Of a stretch of 64,000 bases of DNA, positions 1-9,317 are shown one piece after another; position 1 is the stretch's first letter; each line of letters starts with the position of its first letter. The stretch spans positions 21,635 to 85,634 of the forward strand of contig JAISHM010000007.1 in assembly GCA_031262525.1 (NCBI GenBank), given 5' to 3'. The notes beneath the pieces were generated by a model. It ran no database searches and was not told the origin of the DNA. It saw only the letters and a program-made list of their open reading frames with translations. The translations under genes were made by a program, and so were the position numbers. Source of the DNA: Rickettsiales bacterium. GTDB lineage: Bacteria > Pseudomonadota > Alphaproteobacteria > Rs-D84.

Positions 1-662
1 TGCCCCACCTGACACGCCAGATTATGTCGCAACTTTGGTGAAAACGCGCCCATTTTCGCCGCTGTGCTGTCTGCTGTTGATGGGTCGGCAAATGCCGTCG
101 CCACCAGACATGTTTCATACGCAAATTCATCATCCGTTCCCGCCGTGAATTTCCCGTCAATCACATGGTTAAAAGACAATCCAACATTAAACACAGGTCC
201 AATAAAAATATCAGTTATCATTCGCGGAAGCGGCATCATCAACAAAGATGTTATCAAGACCAATTTTACAATAGTTGCGCCAAACTTACCCGATAATTGC
301 CATGCGTCCGGACTGGTCGGTTTTCCGTCCATACCCAAATAAGACTTTACAATTTCCCACGCAAAATATACCGCCGTCAATGCCGCCGCAACCGGCACAC
401 ACACAACACCAATAGTATGATAAATTTTTGGTAATATATTTGATATAACCAGCATTATGTCATTAAATAAACCACAGGTCCAACAACTGGAAAAAAACGA
501 AAAAGCATCCGACATATCGACCGGCACCGCCGACCTGAAAATTGACACCCCCAAAATTATCGTTCCACCGCCCAACGCACCAATTGCCAACGGTGCAATC
601 GCGCCCGCCGTCAATGGAAAAAACGACAAAAATGTAATCAAAAATTTTTTTAACTTTGACAT
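1..662 (-). CDS. Polytopic membrane protein, putative TrbL/VirB6-like paralog 0 (N-terminal ~220 aa only; gene runs off the left edge)
   Basis: Manual minus-strand translation from the ATG at 660-662: MSKLKKFLITFLSFFPLTAGAIAPLAIGALGGG...FFSSCWTCGLFNDIMLVISNILPKIYHTIG...PLPRMITDIFIGPVFNVGLSF. It stays open to position 1. It is absent from the ORF track because no stop lies in the window. It shares CW(S/T)C-x-x-F and P-R-x-IT-x-I-x-x-x-PV motifs with ORF 2004..3221. Confidence 0.6.
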   Translation of the reverse strand, partial: MSKLKKFLITFLSFFPLTAGAIAPLAIGALGGGTIILGVSIFRSAVPVDMSDAFSFFSSCWTCGLFNDIMLVISNILPKIYHTIGVVCVPVAAALTAVYFAWEIVKSYLGMDGKPTSPDAWQLSGKFGATIVKLVLITSLLMMPLPRMITDIFIGPVFNVGLSFNHVIDGKFTAGTDDEFAYETCLVATAFADPSTADSTAAKMGAFSPKLRHNLACQVG

Positions 663-679
663 TTAATTTAAGAGTTTTT

Positions 680-709
680 TTGTGATTTTATTATACCATA
701 ATTTATAAA
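680..709 (+). promoter_or_regulatory. Candidate sigma70-type promoter of the 718..5940 operon (TTGTGA-18-TATAAA), 8 nt from the ATG
   Basis: TTGTGA at 680-685 and TATAAA at 704-709. The ATG is at 718 and there is no purine-rich SD in 710-717. The intergenic region is only 55 bp. Confidence 0.3.
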
Positions 710-717
710 ATTGTTTT

Positions 718-2004
718 ATGATATTCGCAAGAATGAGGAAGTTATTTGCTTTTTTATCAGTTTTCTGCGCATTTGCGTTTTTTCCAAACATGGGAAATGC
801 CGCATGGGGTATCGTTGACGCGCTGGACCTGTCGCCTTTTGTTCCGATTATTTTGGACGCTTTTATGTCAATCGCGATGGCGGGCTATGAATTTTTTGTT
901 GGTAATGGCGACGGAATAATTTATCTGTTTGTTTGGGGGTGGTTGGCATGGCATATCGCAACATACGCGGTAAAAATGTATATCCCAAAATCGTGGTTGG
1001 ATTTTTTTGGTATGGATGGCGGCGGAATGTGGTCTGGAACAGATGGTTGGAAAATTTCCGAAGATGTGTTAAAACCATGTATTCGTGGAATTGTTGCCGC
1101 TGCGATTTTACTACCACTAAAACCACAATACATTACAAACTTTGTCGTTGACCCGTTCTTGCAATTCGGCGGAATTTACACATCTAGTATATCAGAAATT
1201 ATAACCCAACAGAATATTTCCACGCCTGCAAAAAAAATAAAATGCCCAGATGAAATTATCCAAAAAAATTACATATCCGCCGCCAGTTGTGAATTTATGG
1301 TTCAACCCGTGGCAGATATAACCGCAGTAAATAATACTTTTATAAAACGCGGAATGGAATATATAACATCGGGATTGACCGGCCTGATGACGATTATACC
1401 GAACGGGGCAAATGGTTTTATGGATATAATAACCGGGGTTTTGTTGGTGTCTGCCTTTACCGCCAGCAACTTTTTTATGGCATTACTGATTATCCAGGGA
1501 ATTTTTAATTTTGGAATGGCATTGATTATGTATCCGTTCAAGGTTGTTGTCTTTGTGTCAAAAAAATCTGATGATTGGGTAAATCCGTGGCCTGCGTTCG
1601 ATGGAATAATAGACGCGTTAAAAAAACTGGTGATAACAATGATCGCGTGTATGTTTATATTGGCGATAAATATCGCGGCTGTGCGCGCGTTATTCAATTT
1701 TAACAAGTCTGTGTTTGTTGTTGCGGCCGGTGGCAGTGCTTCATCAAACTTACCCTCGGTGGCAACAGCCCAGATGGGATTTGGCGGACATTCTGTATTG
1801 TGGTTGTCCACGATTTTAACATTCTTTTTGATGTTCCGTATTTTTGAATTGACCAAAAAACAATTGCTGGAATACACCGGCAAAGATGCGGACGCTATGT
1901 ATAAAAAGTCAAATGAACAGGTCAAAAAAGTATGGAAAAACACAATGGATTACAAAAAAGAAACACAAAAAATTATTGGTTGGTTCAAGAAAGATAAAAA
2001 ATAA
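718..2004 (+). CDS. Polytopic membrane protein, putative TrbL/VirB6-like paralog 1 (428 aa)
   Basis: N-terminal signal/TM segment (FAFLSVFCAFAFFPNMGNA) and multiple TM segments. A central motif LIMYPFKVVVFVSKKSDDWVNPW resembles the VirB6 P-x-x-F...T/S...W region. Lys-rich C-terminus (WFKKDKK). The stop overlaps the next start (TAATG at 2002-2006). Confidence 0.6.
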   Translation: MIFARMRKLFAFLSVFCAFAFFPNMGNAAWGIVDALDLSPFVPIILDAFMSIAMAGYEFFVGNGDGIIYLFVWGWLAWHIATYAVKMYIPKSWLDFFGMDGGGMWSGTDGWKISEDVLKPCIRGIVAAAILLPLKPQYITNFVVDPFLQFGGIYTSSISEIITQQNISTPAKKIKCPDEIIQKNYISAASCEFMVQPVADITAVNNTFIKRGMEYITSGLTGLMTIIPNGANGFMDIITGVLLVSAFTASNFFMALLIIQGIFNFGMALIMYPFKVVVFVSKKSDDWVNPWPAFDGIIDALKKLVITMIACMFILAINIAAVRALFNFNKSVFVVAAGGSASSNLPSVATAQMGFGGHSVLWLSTILTFFLMFRIFELTKKQLLEYTGKDADAMYKKSNEQVKKVWKNTMDYKKETQKIIGWFKKDKK

Positions 2005-3221
2005 TGAATGGATATACGCCATTTTTTACAGATGGGATTGTGCAATGTTGGAGTTGCCCAGTATTTGATTCGCTGATTGGTATTATATCCAGTGCGGCGG
2101 CGGCTATTTACGATAAATTGGCGTTGTTGTCGGCGGTATTACTGGGGGTGTTTGTTGCGTTTTATGTTTTATATTCTGTTGTTATGAATATGAAAAACCC
2201 AGTTGATAAAATTGACCCAATGTATCAAAAATATCTGAAACCTGTGTTTATAAATTCTATGTTTGTGATTGCGATTTTGGGTATGGGGGTTATGATTCCG
2301 CGCTTTATCACACAAATTACTTTTGAACCTGTGGCCGATGCCACAATTGTATATACTGAAAATATCCTGAACGCCAGTCAGGTTGTTGTTGATGAACGCG
2401 TGCCGTATTTAGAACAAACAATGAGCGAGGATGGATTTTATCGTCCAGAATTGCGCGATAAAATTATTCGTTTAATGCGGACCAGTATCACACAATTCCA
2501 AAATATGATAAAACTGGGAATGATTGTGATTGACCGCTCCTTTTCGTGGAGTGCGGTGGCCGGCATCGGTAATCTGGTTAAACACTTTTTATTGCTGATG
2601 GTGGGATTGGCGATTGTATGGATTTTCTTTAAGTTGTTTATAAAATTCTGTTTTTATTTTGTTGATGTTGTAATTGACCTGACCTTTTTTGCATTCTTTT
2701 TCCCGTTTATGTTGGTGCTGTGGGTATTTCGGAACTCGGAAAGTGTATCCTGGGTCAAGGATATGTCCAAAAATATGACCCCGACATATTTCAAGAATGC
2801 GATAAATTCTATTGTATCGTTGGGCGTTGTTGTTATAACCTATGTCGTGATAATGGTTGTAATAATAAAATTTTTGGCATCGCCAGAGATAAATAATGCG
2901 GAACTGACGCGTCAAATTATGAATGGAACAATCTTTGATGGCAGTTTTTCGGACGACAACATCGCAATGGTTTCATTGGGCGGGGTTATTGTATTATCGT
3001 ATATAGTTATGTATATGGCGGATAATATCGGACAAGTAGCCAAGGCTATATCCGAAACTTTCGGTATAGAGGTCCGAACAAAAGAAAGCGATAAAATCGG
3101 AGAACAAGTTATCGGCGTCGGAAAATATATCAAAGACGACATAAAAAAAAGAATAGATATTCTGCGTGATAAAAAACCATCGGACGATAAAAAAGACGAC
3201 AAGAAAGAAGACAAAAAATAA
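2004..3221 (+). CDS. Polytopic membrane protein, putative TrbL/VirB6-like paralog 2 (405 aa)
   Basis: Contains the QCWSCPVFDSL motif, MIPRFITQITFEPV, and FFPFMLVLWVFRNSESVSWV. The acidic/Lys-rich tail is KKPSDDKKDDKKEDKK. TAATG overlaps on both sides. Confidence 0.6.
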   Translation: MNGYTPFFTDGIVQCWSCPVFDSLIGIISSAAAAIYDKLALLSAVLLGVFVAFYVLYSVVMNMKNPVDKIDPMYQKYLKPVFINSMFVIAILGMGVMIPRFITQITFEPVADATIVYTENILNASQVVVDERVPYLEQTMSEDGFYRPELRDKIIRLMRTSITQFQNMIKLGMIVIDRSFSWSAVAGIGNLVKHFLLLMVGLAIVWIFFKLFIKFCFYFVDVVIDLTFFAFFFPFMLVLWVFRNSESVSWVKDMSKNMTPTYFKNAINSIVSLGVVVITYVVIMVVIIKFLASPEINNAELTRQIMNGTIFDGSFSDDNIAMVSLGGVIVLSYIVMYMADNIGQVAKAISETFGIEVRTKESDKIGEQVIGVGKYIKDDIKKRIDILRDKKPSDDKKDDKKEDKK

Positions 3222-4672
3222 TGTTAAAATCAAAAATAATTTTAACAGCGGTAAAATTTTTTATGTGGATACTGGGGGTTGGTATCGGCATCTGGTATTT
3301 ATCGTCCAGTATAAACGGGGATGGTGTCCCTTATTCATCATTAAATAATTTTATGGTGGCCACGGGCGCGTGTGAAAATGGTGTGTGTGATATTTCGCAA
3401 ATGAATGGTTGTTTCTTGTGTCCTTTTGTTAAACAACTTTTTAATGTTATTGGTATGGCGACAACTGATTTTTGGAATGCGATGGTCCATAATTTATGGA
3501 TTTTAATTGCATTGGGTTTTGTAATTTTCTTGTTCGTGCATACATGGAAAACGATGCTGGATGCGAACAAAGAAAACATAAAAATGGATTCATCGGACCG
3601 AAAATTTGATTTCAAGAAATGGTTTGACGCGGTTTGGAAACAAGGGGTTCGTGTATTACTGATTGGGGCGTTATTGGGCGCGGTATCATTTGGCGGTTCA
3701 TCTGTATTGCGTGTTGTATCGGATATAACAATCCGTCCAGTTATGTATGTTGGCGCGGAAATGTCAATGCTGGCGACGGGCGCCACATCTGTGGCGTCTT
3801 GCCCTGCGATAACACCCACCCCAGATGATAATGTAATTGGCGCGGCACTGAAACCTTTTATGTGTGTTGTTGGAAATGCAAATGCGGTTATATTGGCGGG
3901 CGCATCCAGCGGATTCGCAATGATGAATTTGGCATGGATGGATATGGGGGGCGGAATCTTTACATGGGTTGGTGGTTTAATAGTTTTGATTTTATTTTTA
4001 TTCATCGGATTTAATTTATTATTTGATATATTAAACATTATATTTAGATTGGTGTTTATTATTATATTTTTACCCGTAATTGTTGCCAGTTATGCGTTTG
4101 AAAATGTATGGGGTGTGTTAAAGGGAGCAGTTGGAAAATGTATTGAAATTTTAATAAATTGCGCAGTGCGCACAATTGCTGTTACATTAAAAGTTTTGAT
4201 AATTTATACAATTATTGCGTTGGCGGCGGATACTTATTTTCCCGGGCCTGTGGATGGGTATTCGGCGATTTTACCACCTGACTTTGCTGGAATGAACGCG
4301 TCCCCTGAATCGGGCGCTGCATCCATTGCGGCTATTTTAACCAAGTGCGAGAAAATATCATTAAATTCAGATGGTGTAGCCGATAAAGATAAGTTTGCCT
4401 CTTGTTTCCAAATAGAACGCGCAAACGCCCCGTATGGAGCATTTGATTTTATGGACAACACTTGGGAATTTTTAATGATGATGATTGGACTTTATCTGAT
4501 TTATAAATTGGTAATTTCAAAAAAGATTGACCAGATTTTTGTTGGCGATAAAAACGGAACAGAACCACTGATGAACATTGGAAAACAATTCAAGAGTTTT
4601 GGAACAGCGGTATGGAATACCCCATCTGGTCTGACAAAATATCTGTTGGATGTGTTTGGTAAAAAGAAATGA
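3221..4672 (+). CDS. Polytopic membrane protein, putative TrbL/VirB6-like paralog 3 (483 aa)
   Basis: Contains GCFLCPFVKQLF, VLRVVSDITIRPVMYVG and FLPVIVASYAFENVWGV, with many TM segments. The tail is FGKKK. ATGA overlap with the next gene at 4669-4672. Confidence 0.6.
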   Translation: MLKSKIILTAVKFFMWILGVGIGIWYLSSSINGDGVPYSSLNNFMVATGACENGVCDISQMNGCFLCPFVKQLFNVIGMATTDFWNAMVHNLWILIALGFVIFLFVHTWKTMLDANKENIKMDSSDRKFDFKKWFDAVWKQGVRVLLIGALLGAVSFGGSSVLRVVSDITIRPVMYVGAEMSMLATGATSVASCPAITPTPDDNVIGAALKPFMCVVGNANAVILAGASSGFAMMNLAWMDMGGGIFTWVGGLIVLILFLFIGFNLLFDILNIIFRLVFIIIFLPVIVASYAFENVWGVLKGAVGKCIEILINCAVRTIAVTLKVLIIYTIIALAADTYFPGPVDGYSAILPPDFAGMNASPESGAASIAAILTKCEKISLNSDGVADKDKFASCFQIERANAPYGAFDFMDNTWEFLMMMIGLYLIYKLVISKKIDQIFVGDKNGTEPLMNIGKQFKSFGTAVWNTPSGLTKYLLDVFGKKK

Positions 4673-5940
4673 TAAAGAAAATAAAAATTATTTTTATCGC
4701 AATGTTTATCGCAATTATTTGTGGGGTGGCGAGTGCGCAAACGAATACCCCAAATTCTGCGGATATTGGAAACTATGGCGCGTGGACGACCGAACATAAT
4801 CTGAATGATTTAACGACCACAGCAAAAACAGATATTGAAAAATTCCAAGGCAATTTCCAAACCCAGGTCCAGATGCCAGACTATGTTCCGATAGAGGCAC
4901 GACTGGGTAATGTTTTAATTCGCGCGATGGAAAAATTGGGGGTTGCGCTGCAACGCAGTTTATTTGATTTTATCCAGATTTTCCTGTTGGTTTTATTCGC
5001 GTTTTGGGTTATTGCCGAAGCGTATAATTTAATACAATCACGTGATGGCGATGCAAAAAAACTGGCGCCCGAGGTTGCAAAAAAGTTATTACTTATATCT
5101 GCGTGGATTTGGGTTTTGGCAAATTCCCCAGGGCAAATTTTTATGACTATTTTTGGTCCGATAGTATCGGTTGCAACATACGCATCTGATATTATTCTGA
5201 ATGCAATCACAACATCGGCGGGTGCATCGTTACCGGATACTTGCGCGGCAATTAAAACAATGACTGGGGATGGGGATTTTACCGCAGATTTATTGTGTAT
5301 GCCGACGCGATTATCTGGATTTTTCTATACTTGTATTGCGGCAGGATTTCGGTGGATTTGGTATGGATTTGGGCACAGCGCACTGACCCTGGCGGCGGGG
5401 GTGGTGTTTGTAATTATGTTTTTGATAAATTTATGGAAATTTACACTATTGGCACTGGGGGTAATTGTTGATTTATTTTTATGTTTAATGTTATTACCAT
5501 TTACCGCAATCACAGAATGTTTCGGTTCTGGGACGGGGTTAAAAGGAATCGGTGGTGATTTGTTCAAGGGCTTTGCGGGTTTGTTTAATGGGACATCATT
5601 GCAAAAACAAATTATGCGATTTATCAGCGCGGCGATTTATTTTATTGTCCTGTCCGTTATTGCGGCGATTGGCGCGGGGCTGTTGGGTGGTGTTGTAAAT
5701 GCAGATATGTTAAATGTAACACCATCGGTTGAAAACGATGGATTTATGACAACACTGATTATTGGCTTTATCGTTATGTATCTGGTGAATAAAGCGACCA
5801 GTATAGCCGAGGGTTTAAGCGGAAAGATAGACGGCAGTTTCGGTGAAACAATGGGTAAATATGTGTCAAACGCGTGGAAGTCTGGGTCAAACTGGATAAC
5901 AACCACCCGTAAAATTTTTAATGAAAGAAAGAAAAAATAA
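4669..5940 (+). CDS. Polytopic membrane protein, putative TrbL/VirB6-like paralog 4 (423 aa)
   Basis: Signal peptide (IAIICGVASAQ), then IFMTIFGPIVSVATYASD and LLPFTAITECFGSG, with many TM segments. The tail is NERKKK. Confidence 0.55.
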   Translation: MIKKIKIIFIAMFIAIICGVASAQTNTPNSADIGNYGAWTTEHNLNDLTTTAKTDIEKFQGNFQTQVQMPDYVPIEARLGNVLIRAMEKLGVALQRSLFDFIQIFLLVLFAFWVIAEAYNLIQSRDGDAKKLAPEVAKKLLLISAWIWVLANSPGQIFMTIFGPIVSVATYASDIILNAITTSAGASLPDTCAAIKTMTGDGDFTADLLCMPTRLSGFFYTCIAAGFRWIWYGFGHSALTLAAGVVFVIMFLINLWKFTLLALGVIVDLFLCLMLLPFTAITECFGSGTGLKGIGGDLFKGFAGLFNGTSLQKQIMRFISAAIYFIVLSVIAAIGAGLLGGVVNADMLNVTPSVENDGFMTTLIIGFIVMYLVNKATSIAEGLSGKIDGSFGETMGKYVSNAWKSGSNWITTTRKIFNERKKK

Positions 5941-5971
5941 TTTATAATACAAACACGTAAAAGGAGAAAAA

Positions 5972-7051
5972 ATGCTGAATTGGTTATTGGAAAAATTTGG
6001 AATTGGATTCAATGATGGTGCTTTGTTTGTTGTTGCGGCGATTGTGTCTTTTTTTATAATGATTTTGTTTGGAAATAAATTTATTGTGGCAATGCGTCGC
6101 TGGCAAAAAAAAGGTCAGCCAATCAGTGAAAATTTGCCGACATCACATTTGGAAAAGCGTGGAACACCAACGGTGGGCGGACTGATGCTTTTAATCGCCG
6201 CAATGGTCAGTGCATTTTTATTTATGGATTTTTCAGCGCCTGCGAATTGGATTGCGATTGGCGCGTTGATGTGGTTCGGATGGATTGGATTTGCAGATGA
6301 TTATAAAAAAATAAAAAAACAAAGTAATAAAGCCGCCAATGGTTTATCCCCCCGTTTTCGTTTAATCGCCGAAGGTATCGGTATTATCATAATCGCGTAT
6401 TTTATAAATATGCTGATGCCTTTTTATATTCCGTCGTATTCTGTAGCATTGCCGGGCGGATACATAATACCAATTGGGATTTTGTATTTTGCGTTTGCGT
6501 ATTTTGTTATTGCGGGTTCGGCGAATGCTGTAAATATCAGCGATGGCCTGGACGGGTTATCATCAAAACTTTATCTGCCCGTGTTGATAGTATTATTTAT
6601 CGGATTATTGGGCGCGACGCATACCGAATTTTTAACGAACGCTTTACTGATACCGAACGCCGCTGGATTATATCCAGTATTGGGGGCGGTCTTTGGCGCG
6701 GTTGTTGGATTTTTATGGTTTAACGCGGCGCCCGCCCAGATATTTATGGGCGATACTGGGTCGCTGGCACTGGGCGGATTTATGGGGACGATTGCGATGC
6801 TGTTAAAAATAGAGGTTTTAATGGGAATCGCCGCACTAATGATGGTGTTGATTCTGTTGTCATCATTTATACAAACATTTGTTTATAAACTGACCAAGAA
6901 TCCAAATGGTATTGGAAAACGCGTATTCTTACGCGCCCCACTGCACCATCATTTTGAAGAAAAAGGTATTCCAGAGACGAAAATCACAGACAGATTTTTT
7001 ATTATGGCTATGTTATTTTCTGGACTGGCTTTGATTTTAATGGGGATATAA
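5972..7051 (+). CDS. mraY: Phospho-N-acetylmuramoyl-pentapeptide transferase
   Basis: 359 aa. Contains GTPTVGGL, GFADDYKKI, NAVNISDGLDGL and MGDTGSLALGG motifs. SD AAGGAG upstream. Confidence 0.95.
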   Translation: MLNWLLEKFGIGFNDGALFVVAAIVSFFIMILFGNKFIVAMRRWQKKGQPISENLPTSHLEKRGTPTVGGLMLLIAAMVSAFLFMDFSAPANWIAIGALMWFGWIGFADDYKKIKKQSNKAANGLSPRFRLIAEGIGIIIIAYFINMLMPFYIPSYSVALPGGYIIPIGILYFAFAYFVIAGSANAVNISDGLDGLSSKLYLPVLIVLFIGLLGATHTEFLTNALLIPNAAGLYPVLGAVFGAVVGFLWFNAAPAQIFMGDTGSLALGGFMGTIAMLLKIEVLMGIAALMMVLILLSSFIQTFVYKLTKNPNGIGKRVFLRAPLHHHFEEKGIPETKITDRFFIMAMLFSGLALILMGI

Positions 7052-7054
7052 AAA

Positions 7055-8200
7055 ATGTTCAAACGGGGCGAAGACAGCATTTTAACCAGTTGGTATTTTG
7101 AAATTGACCGCCGTCTGTTCTGGTGCGTGATTGTTTTGTTTATGGTTGGTCTGTTGGCAATGGTATCCGCAGGCAGCGTCGCCGCCGAACGATTAAATCC
7201 CCCACAACCATGGCACTTTTTTTTGGTAAAGGCGATACCATTATATATTATTGGAATTATAACATTGTTGGTTTCTTCATTTCTGAATAGAAAACAAATT
7301 TTATTGGTATCTGTTGCAAATGTCGCTGTGTGTATTTTGTTATTGCTGGGGACTTTGGTTATGCCCGCCGCGGTCAAGGGCAGTGCGCGCTGGATAGATT
7401 TAGGATTCGCATCCGTTATGCCCAGCGATTTATTAAAGCCTGGATTCATTGTTATTACTGCGTGGTTTTTAACGCGTCTGGAAAAATTATCGCCTGGGGA
7501 TATTTTTTTCACAAAAAGGGTATGGAAATTTGACGGATGGCCATCATATTTAACTTTATTTTTACCGATATTGTTGATTATTTTATTACATCCTGATTTC
7601 GGGTCATTTGTTTTGTATTTATCTGTATTCGCAGCAATGATTTTTATGGCGGGATTGCCAATGTATTTTGTTCCGATATTCTTTGGGCTGGGACTGGGGG
7701 CATTTGCATTTGCGTTTTTGACGATGGCGCATGTTCGGTTGCGCGTGTTGGGCTTTTTGGGACTGGCCGGAGGCGGAGACAATTATCAAATAAAAAAGTC
7801 GGTCGAGGCCGTGCAACACGGCGGCCTGTTTGGGCAAGCCGAAGATAGTTTTATAAAACAATCTCTGCCTGATGCGCATACCGATTTTGTATTTTCTGCA
7901 ATTGCCGAAGATTCCGGCGCAATCATTGCGTGTATATTATTGCTGGCGTTTTTATATGTGTTAAAGCGGTTGGCGGTTGATGCAACAGGCGCACGTGATA
8001 AATTGGTATTTTATGCGTGTGGTGGGCTGATGGCTCTGTTTGGGGTGCAAATGTGTATAAACATTGTATCTGCACTGGGATTATTCCCACCAAAGGGAAT
8101 GACATTGCCATTTATTTCATATGGGGGCAGTTCTTTTGTTGCGTTTTGTTTGGCATTTGGTATGATATTGGCATTGGTCAGAGAGGATAAATGGAAATGA
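7055..8200 (+). CDS. ftsW: SEDS-family peptidoglycan glycosyltransferase FtsW
   Basis: 381 aa polytopic protein. Contains LPDAHTDFVFSAIAEDSG and GMTLPFISYGGSS motifs. Lies between mraY and murG. Confidence 0.9.
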   Translation: MFKRGEDSILTSWYFEIDRRLFWCVIVLFMVGLLAMVSAGSVAAERLNPPQPWHFFLVKAIPLYIIGIITLLVSSFLNRKQILLVSVANVAVCILLLLGTLVMPAAVKGSARWIDLGFASVMPSDLLKPGFIVITAWFLTRLEKLSPGDIFFTKRVWKFDGWPSYLTLFLPILLIILLHPDFGSFVLYLSVFAAMIFMAGLPMYFVPIFFGLGLGAFAFAFLTMAHVRLRVLGFLGLAGGGDNYQIKKSVEAVQHGGLFGQAEDSFIKQSLPDAHTDFVFSAIAEDSGAIIACILLLAFLYVLKRLAVDATGARDKLVFYACGGLMALFGVQMCINIVSALGLFPPKGMTLPFISYGGSSFVAFCLAFGMILALVREDKWK

Positions 8201-9264
8201 AAAAACAAAAAATATGGATTGCAACAGGCGGCACGGGGGGACATATCTTTCCGGCACTTAGTGTGGCGGACGAACTGATTCGCCGCGGTCATCGCGTTAT
8301 AATTTCGTCGGACGAACGCGGAATGAAAATTGTCAGAAATGACAGACCCATGGGCGCGGGCGTCGCGTTTGTTTGGGCGTCTGGTGTCGGCGCAAAATCA
8401 TTACCAAAACAAATACTATCATTGTTCAAAATTGGAATGTCTGCGATTGCATTGACATTACGATTTTTGCTGTTTCCGCCGGCGCGCGTTGTGGCGTTTG
8501 GGGGTTATTCATCTGTGCCGGTGATTTTTGCGGCGCGACTGCTCAAAATTCCAACATTTTTACACGAACAGAACGCACACATTGGACGCGCGAATAAGCT
8601 GGCTTTGCGATGGGTTGATACACTGATGACCAGTTTTCCGGTCGTTGAAGGGATTGGGAATACAAACGCAAACATTGTTTATACGGGACTGCCGGTGCGT
8701 AAAGAGTTTTTAACAGAAAACAACTATCATACATCGGCGGGGGAATTTCACTTGTTGATTACTGGGGGGTCGCTGGGCTCGGAATTTATTGACAATGTTA
8801 TTCCAGATATGATTATGAAATTACCGATGACTATGCGTAAAAAATTATTTATTACACAACAAACACGCCGCGAAAATGTAAATCGGATGCAACGCTTTTA
8901 TGCGACAAACGGGATAAAGGCGAATGTGATCGCATTTATCAACAATTTTGCAGAATCGTTATCAAATACCGACCTGGTTATTGGACGCGGTGGCGCCAGC
9001 ACGATTGCCGAATTACAGGCGATTGGGCGACCCGCAATTTTGGTGCCATTGGAAATCAACCCAGACCAGGCTGCAAATGCCGCCCAATTCGCAAAAACAG
9101 GTGGCGGAATTGACATCGCACAAAAGAAATTTACTGCGAAATGGTTGGCGACCACTTTGACCGAATTGTTTGAGAATCCGGCGCGCCTTAAAAAAATGGC
9201 GGCGGCGGCAAAAATACCGAATAACGCGGTGAATAAGATTGTGAACAAAGTCCTTGAAGTTTAG
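8191..9264 (+). CDS. murG: UDP-GlcNAc:lipid I N-acetylglucosaminyltransferase
   Basis: ATGGTGGHIFPALSVADEL N-terminus, HEQNAHIGRANK, and GRGGASTIAELQAIGRPAILVP. Confidence 0.95.
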   Translation: MEMKKQKIWIATGGTGGHIFPALSVADELIRRGHRVIISSDERGMKIVRNDRPMGAGVAFVWASGVGAKSLPKQILSLFKIGMSAIALTLRFLLFPPARVVAFGGYSSVPVIFAARLLKIPTFLHEQNAHIGRANKLALRWVDTLMTSFPVVEGIGNTNANIVYTGLPVRKEFLTENNYHTSAGEFHLLITGGSLGSEFIDNVIPDMIMKLPMTMRKKLFITQQTRRENVNRMQRFYATNGIKANVIAFINNFAESLSNTDLVIGRGGASTIAELQAIGRPAILVPLEINPDQAANAAQFAKTGGGIDIAQKKFTAKWLATTLTELFENPARLKKMAAAAKIPNNAVNKIVNKVLEV

Positions 9265-9284
9265 TATTTTTGTCCTATAATTCA

Positions 9285-9316
9285 CCCCTGGCAAATAATA
9301 AAAGCCAGGGGTTTTT
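9285..9316 (+). terminator. Rho-independent terminator after murG
   Basis: CCCCTGGC (9285-9292) pairs with GCCAGGGG (9304-9311), followed by TTTTT (9312-9316). It ends 1 nt before the next ATG. Confidence 0.55.
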
Positions 9317-9317
9317 A

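Noticed and set aside
64-666. ORF-track entries 64..342 (+) and 457..666 (+)
   Set aside because: Both lie antisense to a much more convincing minus-strand membrane protein gene (662 to beyond the edge) that is paralogous to its neighbours. Their sequences are low-complexity with no motif, SD or promoter.
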